This document shows, piece by piece, positions 53,826 through 64,000 of a stretch of 64,000 nt of DNA; position 1 is the first letter of the stretch; every line of letters starts with the position of its first letter. The notes beneath the pieces are model-generated. The model searched no databases. It was not told the origin of the DNA and was given only the letters and a program-made list of their open reading frames with translations. Both the position numbers and the translations under genes were made by a program. The stretch spans positions 96,658,001 through 96,722,000 of the forward strand of contig NC_042998.1 of the NCBI RefSeq assembly GCF_006345805.1, in the 5' to 3' direction. This DNA is from Octopus sinensis (Eukaryota).

Positions 53826-55409
53826 CAAGGAAAATAATAAAAAAGAAAAGGAGAGAATGAATATGAAAATTTATATATATACATGTAATATACATACCTA
53901 TTTACTCCTCTTGATGGCAATGTTTGTCGATATCCAAGGTAAAAGAAAAATAATAGAAAAAATAGAAATATCAACCTGTAGATGCAGTCATTCATGGTGA
54001 AATACAGCAGATGTAAGTGGCGGTATCCGCTCAAAGAAACACAATATGAGGTTATAGATGGATATTTCTGGGAAACGACATTAAAAACAGTTACATGAGG
54101 CATAACTTTGAAACCAGACTTCTTTTTTTTACTTCATAATGACCATAGTTCTACAGGAGGGTTCGTTTTTTCACCAGCATCAAAATGTCTGAAGAATTGT
54201 TAGAATTAGTGCAATTGTTTTTGTTGTTATTGGATATAAAAACCAGGTTATTACCTGTTTGTTTTGTTCGCTGAATAAGTACTGACCCTGATATATAATT
54301 AATCTTACTGTAGCTGATCTCTCTTTTAGATTATGCGTGCGCGCGTTTGCGTGTACGCAATTATGATTGTATGTATATATATGTGTGTGTGTGTGTGTGT
54401 GTTGTGTGTGTGTGTGTGTGTGTGCGTGTGTGTGTGTGTGCGTGTGTGTATGTATGTATGTATGTATAAGTGCGTATGAATATATGTTTGTATGAATGAA
54501 CGTACGTATGTATGCATGCATGTATGTGAGCAAGCATATGCTGGAAGGTATGTGTGGGGGGGGGGGCGAACTGTTATCTGATCACATGTCTTTCAAAATA
54601 ATATTTGCTCGCCATTTTAATTTCAGATTATATACATATATTTGCAGATATATATATATACATACACATATTTTTCCTGTTTTTCATATTTTTAAAACAT
54701 TTTTCTTTTTAATATCATCGTAAATGCTATTGTCAGTGTTGTTGATGACATTGTTGAAATTATATAGCTTTGTTTTAGCGGCTCCGTCTCGGTTGTTATT
54801 GATGGTGATGGCGACGATTACAGCCACCACCACGACGGCAGTAATGATGATAATGATGATGAAGTAGATGATGGGATGAAGAGGAAGGGGAGAGGGTGAA
54901 ACACGACAAGTATTTAGAGCAATAAGAAGGTGAAAGGCAGATTTGTGGTGAAGTGCAAACAGTACTAATATAGAATTAATGCTATTGTTACCATAAACCA
55001 TGTGATGATCAGACCTCCTTTTCTAATTACTGCTTAGCCTCCCCATTACTATCCCCAACACCAACACCACCATCACAAACATCTTCTATCGCCCCACCGT
55101 CACCACCAACAGATGGTCATATTAAAAAAAGACACAACCATTACAATGACCACCACCACCACAACCACCATCCACAACAAAAACCACGAACCGCCATCAC
55201 AATCACAATTGCAGCAACCACAAACATCAACGAAAGACAACCATATTACAGCCCCTACAGCCACAGCCACCTCCACCGTTACCAACACAAGACTATTTTA
55301 CACCCACGACTCCAACCACCACCACCATCATAAGGTTACACTACAACATCCCTTACCAACACCCTTAGGCTACTCCAAAAAGAAAGCGCCGTCCAAGCCT
55401 ACAAATACA

Positions 55410-55612
55410 CTTTCTCTTCACTATGCCTCCTTTTCTGTTACTACAATGGCCTCTGCTCCTCTAACACCTAGTTGTAGCCCACACTCCTTCTCGGCTTCAT
55501 CCTCTTGTCATCTACAGTGTATCTTATCCTTCCCTGCCATACAGGCTTACACGAATCTCTCTACCCAATCCTTCTTTCTCATAACGCCAACCCTCTGGGA
55601 TTCTCTCCCTTT
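55410..55612 (+). mobile_element. Degraded 3' end of a CR1/L2/Jockey-group LINE
   Basis: QSFFLITPTLWDSLP matches the SFF.RT..LWN.LP terminal motif of these clades. Confidence 0.5.
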
Positions 55613-55744
55613 TCTTTTTATTTATTTATTTATTTATTTGCATTGTAATCGTCTACTCACAGAAGCTGAGTCTGAACTGATCATTAATAGTATAAACCTT
55701 CCAATTTGATGACCACGTATAAGATTTATTATTGTTGTTATTAT

Positions 55745-56330
55745 TTCTTTTTATTACAGGTTTTGTTGGAGCTCCTGGAGTCTTACATGCGTAGCGGGCT
55801 TACTACATGCAGCCTACGGTACCATGTTATCCATTCTTTTCAGCTATCTAGTACTTTCCTGAATATTCTGGCCATGCCAAGGAGGCAAGCCTTTCGTAAC
55901 AGTTCTACTGGGGACTCTGTTTCAAATTCCTTTATATTCCTCTTGGTGCCTTCTGATACTGTTCCCTAGGACCCAACAATAATTAGTACTATCTTCACTT
56001 TCTTCATTTTCCATAGCCGGGCTATTTCATACTTAAGAGGATAGTATACATCTATATTTTCGCCTTCCTTTCTTGACTATTCGTGGGTCAAAGGGGTATG
56101 CAACATCAAGTATATACCATATGCGGTGCATCTTGTCCACTACCATTAGGTCTGGTTTGTTATGTTCTAGCTCCTGATCTGTTTGGATTGGGAAATCCCA
56201 GAGGATTCTGTTAGTGTTTGATTCCGCCACTCTCTGCGGTTTGTGCTCATACCCCGTCTTGCCTCTCTCTAGCCCCCACTTTTCGCAGTTTCCAATGTAA
56301 CACTTTCGCTACCTGATCGAATCGCCGCAA
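55745..56330 (-). mobile_element. RLE (R4/Dong-like) LINE 3' fragment, degraded
   Basis: ILWDFPIQTDQELEHNKPDLMVVDK...ILDVAYP...LKYEIARLWKMKKV...LLRKACLLGMARIFRKVL (PD-(D/E)xK nuclease). Confidence 0.88.
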
Positions 56331-56379
56331 CTTTTAGCGGTTTTGGGCAAGTCTAGGGCATTCGTTCGAGATATGGGCA

Positions 56380-56417
<38 letters not shown>

Positions 56418-56418
<1 letters not shown>

Positions 56419-57998
56419 TTTTTTTCTTCTTCTTTCAAATTTGCTTCCATTTCTTGCCCAGTGTCTTCCTGACTCCTAGGGCAAAGAAACTCATAGTATA
56501 CATTGGTAGGCCATTAAACCAAACTCAGTAGTTCGTTCATTTTTTTTTTTTTTTTTTTTTTTAAGTTAAATTAAAATACATGAGCAGCAACTGTTCTCAC
56601 ATCGACAATGCTCTTCTCAATACGTGTGATGTACCAGTTAAGACAATCTTTTGCACTTCTTGCAGGGATGGTAAGCCAGGGATCATTCTCATATAATTTT
56701 CGGTTCCCTTCTTGATCATTCCTAGTGCTCCTACGATCACTGGTATTGTAACCGCCTTGAGATGCCACATTTTCTCAATTTCAATGAGTAGGTCTTTATA
56801 TTTTCTAAGCTTGTCAAACTCTTTCGCTGAGATATTATGATCACAGGGGATGCTCATGTCGATCAATAAGCAAACTTTATTGTTTTGGTCTTTCACAACA
56901 ATATCTGGTTTATTGGCTTTGATGGTTCGGTCTGTATGTACTGGAAAGTCCCACGGAATGGTTACATTTTCTCCTTCAGTTACAGCCTCAGGGTGGTGAT
57001 TATACCACTTGTCAGCAGTTTTGATATTGTAATGCCGACTTATTAGCCAGTGGAGATATTGGCCAACTCTGTCATGTCTTAATTTATACTCCACTGGTGC
57101 TAAGACTTTACATCCAGAGATTAGGTGGTCCACTGTTTCAATCATGTCGTTGCAGAATCGGCATTTTGGGTCTGCTCCATTTTTCATCACATTGGCCTGG
57201 TAGTTCCGGTTAATAGGCTTTGATCTTGAGCAGCCAGGATGAAACCTTCGCTCTCTGCTTTTAGCCCTGAGTTCCGTAGCCACTGATGGGTTTGCTTCTG
57301 GTCAACATCAGCTTGTTTGCTGCGGGTCACATATTTGCCGTGCAGAGGTTTCTCCTCCCACCTATCAGCCAATTGCTCGTGCGCTTTTTTCATTGCCATC
57401 ATTTTCACCTTCTTTGCAACAATAGTTGCCGTACTTCCCTCGGGTTGTTCAGTTTGGGTATCCTGCACGAGATCAATAGCAAATTTTTTGCTTTCCTTTA
57501 TGATAGAATGAAGCTTCTTTCGTCTCTCGTGATTTTCCACGAGCTTTAGCATCCAGTCGTTCGATATTTCGAGATATTTGGCCAGTCCAATTGTGGTTGT
57601 TTTGTAAGCTAGTTCAAATTGGATCAGGCCTCGACCTCCTTGGGCTCTGGAAGGTAAAGGCGATCTACGTCTGCCTTTGGGTGGTGCATCCTATTACAAC
57701 TCAGCAGCTTGCGTATTTTTCTATCTATATTCTTTACTTCACTCATATTCCAGTTCAACACATTGTAGCTATAAGTAACAACTGGAACTGCTAAGGAATT
57801 TATAGCTAACACCTTGTTACGTGCATTTAGTTCAGATTTCAGGACTGCACGAACTCTCCTATAACATTCCTTCCTGATTTTCTCTTTCATGCTTGCATGC
57901 TGAATACCAGAGCTTTCATTTATCCCTAAATAGTTGTATGTTTGTTCTTGCTCAAGCTCTCTTATGACTGTGTCAACATCTAACACGACTGAATTTGT
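56418..57998 (-). mobile_element. RLE (R4/Dong-like) LINE, 5'-truncated: RT C-terminus, CCHC finger and PD-(D/E)xK nuclease, frameshifted
   Basis: ORFs 57624..57986 (YNYLGI, NKVLAINSLAVPVVTYS, HHPKADVDRLYLP), 57187..57552 (KPLHGKY, GLKAESEGFILAAQDQ) and 56597..57283 (CRFC...ETVDHLISGC...RHDRV, WDFPVHTD..KANKPDIVV, LIDMSIP). Flanked by (TAA)n on both sides. Confidence 0.95.
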
Positions 57999-57999
57999 G

Positions 58000-58455
<456 letters not shown>

Positions 58456-58639
58456 CTAATCAAGAGTGATTCAAGTGTTGAGAGTTTCGTGCATGACACT
58501 TGTCCGATTGTTTGATAAGTGGCATATAGGAAACTTTCGGTCCTTGAGTCATATTTTTAACTTTCTGTCGATTAAAAATATATATGCTCTTGTATCAAAT
58601 TCTATTTACCCTGTATGGTCTAGGAAACTCGATAGGGAA

Positions 58640-60312
58640 GCATAAGACCCGTTAGAGGTCTTAGGATGCGCTGTTCTTGCACCCTCGCTCTTGTCTTGAC
58701 TCTCTATGCGTCTCAGTCCACAGAGCATTGTCCACAGAGATTCCCAGTGTCTGAATAGTGTTTCGTCCCAGCAAGTTCAGGTCAGAGTTCTTGGTGACTA
58801 TGTAAAGAATTGAGCTTTTGTTTACTAATCATTGGATCCTTGGTTTGGCCCATAAAAGTTCCCAGCACGGGCAGGTTGTGCTTGCTGGTAGACCCATAGC
58901 TAAGTCTGACATCATCTAGCTTCGGTTTTCTTAGTTGTTTCCAGACCAGCAAAGAAACGAAATTTTCCGTAGTTGCAGTGTCCAGTTCCATCGTGAACTG
59001 TCGGTCTTGGATTGTGATTGACACAACTAACCTAAAAGTATCGTCGGAAACTTCACCGAGGTTTGTTTTTACAAGCTCTGTTTTCGTGATTCTCTTTCAC
59101 GGAACGTTGGAAACGATGTTTCTGTTGCTATCGTTGCTTCTTCTTACAAACAGCTTCCAAATGCCCTTTCTTGTTACAAAGGTAGCATTTGACTTCTTTG
59201 TAGGGGCAGTCTGTCACGTTATGGGCCTTTCCACATCTGTAACACTTCAATTCAGTGTCTATGGAATTAGACTGCAGATGGGCTTTTTCATTGACCCTTG
59301 TTCTGTCTCTGCCTGACCTTGTTGACAGGCCTGGTCTTGGAACTGTAAACAGTCTCCTTGGCAACCTTCGCCGCGACTTCAATCTCAATCGCGACTTAGA
59401 CAGTAGGGGCAAAATCCAGCTCTGTGTCCTTGATCTTGAAAAGAGTCTTCAAGACAGCTTCATTGTTGACAGAACATATGAATCTCTGCCTGAGAGCTTC
59501 ATCTTGACGGCCTGTGATCGTAGGAAAGTCACAGGTAGCAACGTCTTGGCGTATACGTGCTGCCAGCTCCTGGAGAGTTTCACCTGGCTTCCGTTGCATG
59601 TCGCTCCAGAACTTGAAACGTTCTCGCACAATGAAACGTTTTGGGTCGAATTGTTGATAATTAAAAAAAGTTGACAATTTCCTCCATCGTCAGCTCGTTA
59701 ATACCATTAGGCGAACTCTGTTGAGTAGCCAGGTTCGCCAGTTGTTTATGGATGGTAGCGGTTTGATTCGTCAAGAAAACTTGAGCCATGCGCTGGTCAG
59801 GCATGGCGTTGGCCACAACAAAAGTGCAGAATCTTGACCAATTATCTGATCAGTTTTGATGTTGAATCAAAAGTAGCAAATGGTGGGATAGCAGTTGAAG
59901 AAGTTGGGAGACGGTAACTTGGACTGGAATCCTTTTCAGAAATTTGAACTTGAACCAGCCTTCTCAAAGCTTCCATGTCTTCTCTGTGCTGCTGCACCTG
60001 TACCTCCATTTGTTCCTTCTGAAGTTGCACGTGTTGTGTGTGCAACTTTCTCACCTCGCCGCTTTGTTCCGCCATTGTTGTCAAGGTAAAAATAGCTTAC
60101 AGTAAAACTCTAACTATATTAGATAAAATAAAGTATTATATTCCGTAAAACTCTTGACAAAGCAATAATTTAACTGATACTAGAAATACAGGAAGACAGA
60201 CGCTTATGTGCAAAACTGGTTGTTTACCTTTCAAATAATTGTATTATCGACGTCAAGGTAAAAAGTCCGCTCGGCAAGGATAGTCTTTCTTATCCTATTG
60301 GCGATGCCAATT
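58640..60312 (-). mobile_element. Ty3/Gypsy LTR retrotransposon 5' part: PBS, gag with CCHC zinc knuckles, aspartic protease (degenerate)
   Basis: CYRCGKAHNVTDCPYKEVKCYLCNKKGHLEAVC (zinc knuckles), gag ERFKFWSDMQRKPGETLQELAARIRQ, protease MELDTAT. A TGG-starting PBS (TGGCATCGCCAATAG) begins at 60309, next to the LTR. Confidence 0.92.
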
Positions 60313-60571
60313 TGTTGTGCTTCTCTCGTTCACTAGCAAAGAAGAACACAGTGATACTCCAGATAGGTCTATTATCTGTCTCTCTAACAGTGTATAACAA
60401 GAAAAGACAAAGACAAAAAGAGAAACGCCCCTCTACTAGCTCTACGTATATAGCGCTAAGCCATTAGGACATTCTAGAGAATTCTGCAACTATCCATTCG
60501 ATTCTGTTGGACAGATTCGAATGCCAGCAATTTCTATTGGATATATTTAGATACTAGCGATCTCCACAACA
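60313..60571 (-). mobile_element. Gypsy 5' LTR (259 bp, TG...CA)
   Basis: Reads TGTTGTGGAGATCGC...GCACAACA on minus, followed by the PBS; homologous (inverted) to 63161-63416. Confidence 0.88.
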
Positions 60572-60881
60572 ATTACTAGTGTAACTTATTTTTGCCAACT
60601 CAGTGGACTGGAACAACGTGAAATAAGGACACAACACGCTGCTAAGAATCGAACTCACGACCATACGACTGTGACCCGAATACCCTAACCACTAAGCCAC
60701 GTGCCTTCGCCAGGCATTTATTGTTGGCATGGCTGTGTCGCTAAGGAGTTCGGCTTGTAACAGGGTGGCTTCAGTTCCTTTCCCACTGCACGGCACCTTG
60801 GGAAAATGCTTTCTATTATAACTTCGGGTCGACCAATGCATCGTGAGTGAATTTGGTAGACTGAAATTGTGAAGAAGTTCG

Positions 60882-60958
<77 letters not shown>

Positions 60959-60959
60959 T

Positions 60960-61170
60960 TTATCTTTTACCTGTTTCAGTCATTTTATTGCGTCCATGCT
61001 GGGGCACCGTCTTGAAGAATTTTAGTCGAACAAATCGACCTCTGGATATATTTTTGAAAGCCTACTTATTCTAACGGTCTTTCTTGCCAAACCACTAAGT
61101 TACGGGGATATAAACACACCAGCACCAGTTGTCAAGCGGTTGTGCGTGACAAACAGACACAAAGTCACGT

Positions 61171-61221
<51 letters not shown>

Positions 61222-61375
61222 CGATAGGCTTCTTTCAGTTTCTGCCCACCAGATCCACTCACAAGCGTTTGGCTGGTCCGAGGCTATTGTAGAAGACACT
61301 TGCCCAAGATGCTACGCAGTGGGACTGAACTCGGAACTATGTGGTTGGGAAACAAGCTTCTTACCACACAGACTG
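60960..61375 (-). mobile_element. SINE family A copy
   Basis: Same consensus. Confidence 0.85.
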
Positions 61376-61383
61376 CTCCTAGT

Positions 61384-61425
<42 letters not shown>

Positions 61426-61766
61426 CACACAGATAGAGAGAGATACTGTGATACTTTGCTGATCAGACTATCAACGGTCGAGTGTTGTATGCATCATTGG
61501 TCATAATGCACTTCCTCGCGTTATTGTAGCTTCCGAAAGTTGCAATCCCGCTGGCTAGACGGGTAGGCCAGCATCCGCCATCTTTGTATTGTCTGCCAGC
61601 AATACAAAGATGAGTACTTTTCTGCACCATGCATCCATATGAGAGATTCTCTCTTGGTAAATAACGCAATATTTGCTGTTCTAACACAACATCCATGTTA
61701 AGTTGCTCATAATGATTGCGTTTAGGTATTAATACTGTGTTTGTCGCTATTAATTAATTAATTATA

Positions 61767-63160
61767 GATGCTCTTAGTCGTTTGTCATCTGGAGACAACT
61801 ACTTCGACAGGGAGGAAAGTGGTGAAGACATGGAGATGGTGTGCACCATCAAAGTTCTGTCTTCTGTCAAAAGTCTGGGAAAGATCCAGTGATAACTATA
61901 GTGCTGCGCTATGTCCGAAACTAATGATGAAGTCGAAAAGTTCCAGAAGTTGTCGGATGCACTCAGTATCTACCACGGATACCTCATCCTTGGATCAAGA
62001 GTTGTGATTCCACAGAGCCTACTGTCCAATATCCTAGATCTACTGCATATCGGTCACTTCAGTACGGAACATATGAAGCAGTTGGCAAGAATCACTGTCT
62101 ACTGGCCCGGTATTGATGCAGCTATTGAGATGGCTTGTCAACGATATGACTCGTATGGGGAACATCAAAACAAGCCATCCAAGCCTGTAGCTCAGCCATG
62201 GATGCTACCAGAGAAGCCATGGAGCCGCTTACACGTGGATTATGCCATCAACTTCATGGGTATGAACTGGCTGGTGATCACGGATGCCTTCTCACAGAAT
62301 CCATGTATTCACCTAATGTCATCCACATCCGCTAAAACCCCTTTAGATTTGCTGGAAGTGGACTTCGCTCACTTCGGATGCCCTCACACGCTGATCATGG
62401 ATAATACATCAACTTTCCTTTCTGAAGAATTTCAGAGCTGGTGCAAAGAACGTGGGATCACACACCTGACAGGTGCACCGTACCATCCAGCTACCAACAG
62501 AGCTGTAGAATGTTTGGTGCAGTCATTCAAGAAAGCACTGAGAAAGTCTTCCCTGCCCACGAAGTGAGCTCTTCAAAAGAGTTCCTGATGCTGGAGAACG
62601 CCGACATCCAGTGGATTCTCTCCAAGCGACTCTGCTGCCCTCACCAGCATACATAGCTCAGGGCAAGCAATCCAAAGTATCATCAAAGGCTGAAATGACT
62701 CCAGACTCGGGAGGTGTCGCTAAGGTAACCAGGCAATACAAGGCTGGTGATCCTGTATATGCACTGTACTATGGACCTCGCCATGACAAACAGTCCTAAT
62801 AGGTACCAGCATTCATCACAAAGTCATTGGGTTTTCGCTGCTTCAGCGTCGAGGTCTTTCCTCGTGGCCCAGTATGGAGACGACACTGGGAACAGTTATT
62901 TCCGCGCTACGCTTCTACAGAAGACTGCAAACCTGGGAATGAGACGGACAATATTTCTGAGCATCCAATTGATCATCCAATGGAGATCCTGGAAGAAGTG
63001 CCACAAACTCAGAGACAGATCAGACCACTTCTACCTAAGGCCAAACCGCCTGTACCAGAGTATGGACTGGACAATCCAAGACGATACAAGAGAGAACCCA
63101 ATCCCAGAGAGAGACTTTGTTGTTGATGCTTTTAGTGCAGAATTAGGTTCGGTTGGGAGG
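61767..63160 (+). mobile_element. Gypsy 3' part: RNase H end, integrase (zinc finger and rve core), PPT
   Basis: DALSRL at 61767; ORF 61911..62567 has LHIGHF...VYWPGID...PWSRLHVDYA...DAFS...P..LIMDN..F.S..F..WC...GITH...APYHPATN..VE..VQSFK. A purine-rich GGGAGG precedes the LTR. Confidence 0.93.
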
Positions 63161-63416
63161 TGTGGAAATCGCTAGCATCTAAATCTCTCCAGTAGAAAAT
63201 GCTGTTATGTGAATCTGTCCAATAGGATCGAATGGATAGTTGTAGAACTCTCTAGAATGTCCTAAAGGCTAACCGCTATACAAGGAGAGTTGGTAGAGGG
63301 GCGTTTCTCCTTTTGCTGTTGTCTTTTCTTGTTATAGACTGTTAGAGAGACATACAATAAACCTATCCGTAGTATCACTGTGTTATTCTTTGCAAGTGAA
63401 TGAGAGAAGTACAACA
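63161..63416 (+). mobile_element. Gypsy 3' LTR
   Basis: TGTGGAAATCGCTAGCATCTAAAT...GTACAACA, a diverged homologue of 60313-60571. Confidence 0.88.
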
Positions 63417-64000
63417 GCTATTGAAAGGACCAGCCCTGTCACTTTCCCAATCTCCCAAAGAACTACATTAAGTGTTCGTGTTTGTGGAGTGTTCAGCCAC
63501 TTGCACGATAATTTCACAGCAGGCTGTTCTGTTGAACGGATCAACTGGAACACTCGTCGTCGTAACCGACGGAATGTCAGTTTAAATGCTTACATGCCTT
63601 TTATAAACCATATATTTCACAAAATATTTTCAAATATTTTCAATATTCTGTGTAAAATATTTCAAAAACAATTATTATAAAGGCGCCGAAATTTCGGCAT
63701 ACCCGGAGCAAACCCCCACCCCATGAAGTTTATTACGATACTCTCAAATGAAATGAGCAGAAATTTGCAATTATTCCAGTTAATTATTGTCTTCGACAAT
63801 TATATTGGTGGCTGGGCAAAAACAACTCGAACAAAATGCTATTAGCGATGGTTATGAAGTTAATAACAGAATATGTTGTTCGTATTAGAAAAGCTTTTAA
63901 AATAATAATCAAACATTAAATGAAGTTCGTCATATCACTAATAATAATTTGTATAGGATTTAGATGACATATTGTTTTTCGTTTGTTGATAAATAATATA

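Noticed and set aside
55113-55709. 198-aa Thr/His-rich ORF
   Set aside because: Low-complexity (ACC/ACA)n sequence fused to a degraded LINE 3' end; not a credible gene.

Overview
Eukaryotic, AT-rich DNA saturated with repeats. The SINE families and the load of (TA)n/(TATG)n/(GATA)n/(TAA)n microsatellites resemble an Octopus (coleoid cephalopod) genome; this is inference from recalled repeat families, not a database match. I reconstructed one complete protein-coding gene by hand on the minus strand. It has 8 coding exons (39252 to 23464), all introns GT-AG with consistent phases, and 1308 nt of CDS encoding a 435-aa Aa_trans/AAAP (SLC32/36/38-like) amino-acid transporter. One intron holds a degenerate tRNA-Gln(TTG). 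The rest is transposable-element debris: three tRNA-derived SINE families, RTE, Tx1/L1, CR1-like and RLE (R4/Dong-like) LINEs, Penelope-like elements, a Gypsy LTR element, mariner/hAT-type MITEs and Helitron-like elements. Almost all long ORFs in the supplied track are microsatellite artefacts. Most notable observations: (1) a minimal hammerhead ribozyme with a compensatory U3-A8 core in a Penelope pseudo-LTR; (2) a Gypsy element inserted into a SINE and later split by a ~3 kb inversion that removed RT/RNase H; (3) several unrelated retroelement lineages each sitting in a different microsatellite, (TATC)n, (CATA)n or (TAA)n; (4) a diverged duplicate of the transporter's terminal exon and 3' UTR; (5) several long fold-backs and a MITE carrying telomeric repeats. 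No prokaryote-type system (CRISPR, operon) is present.
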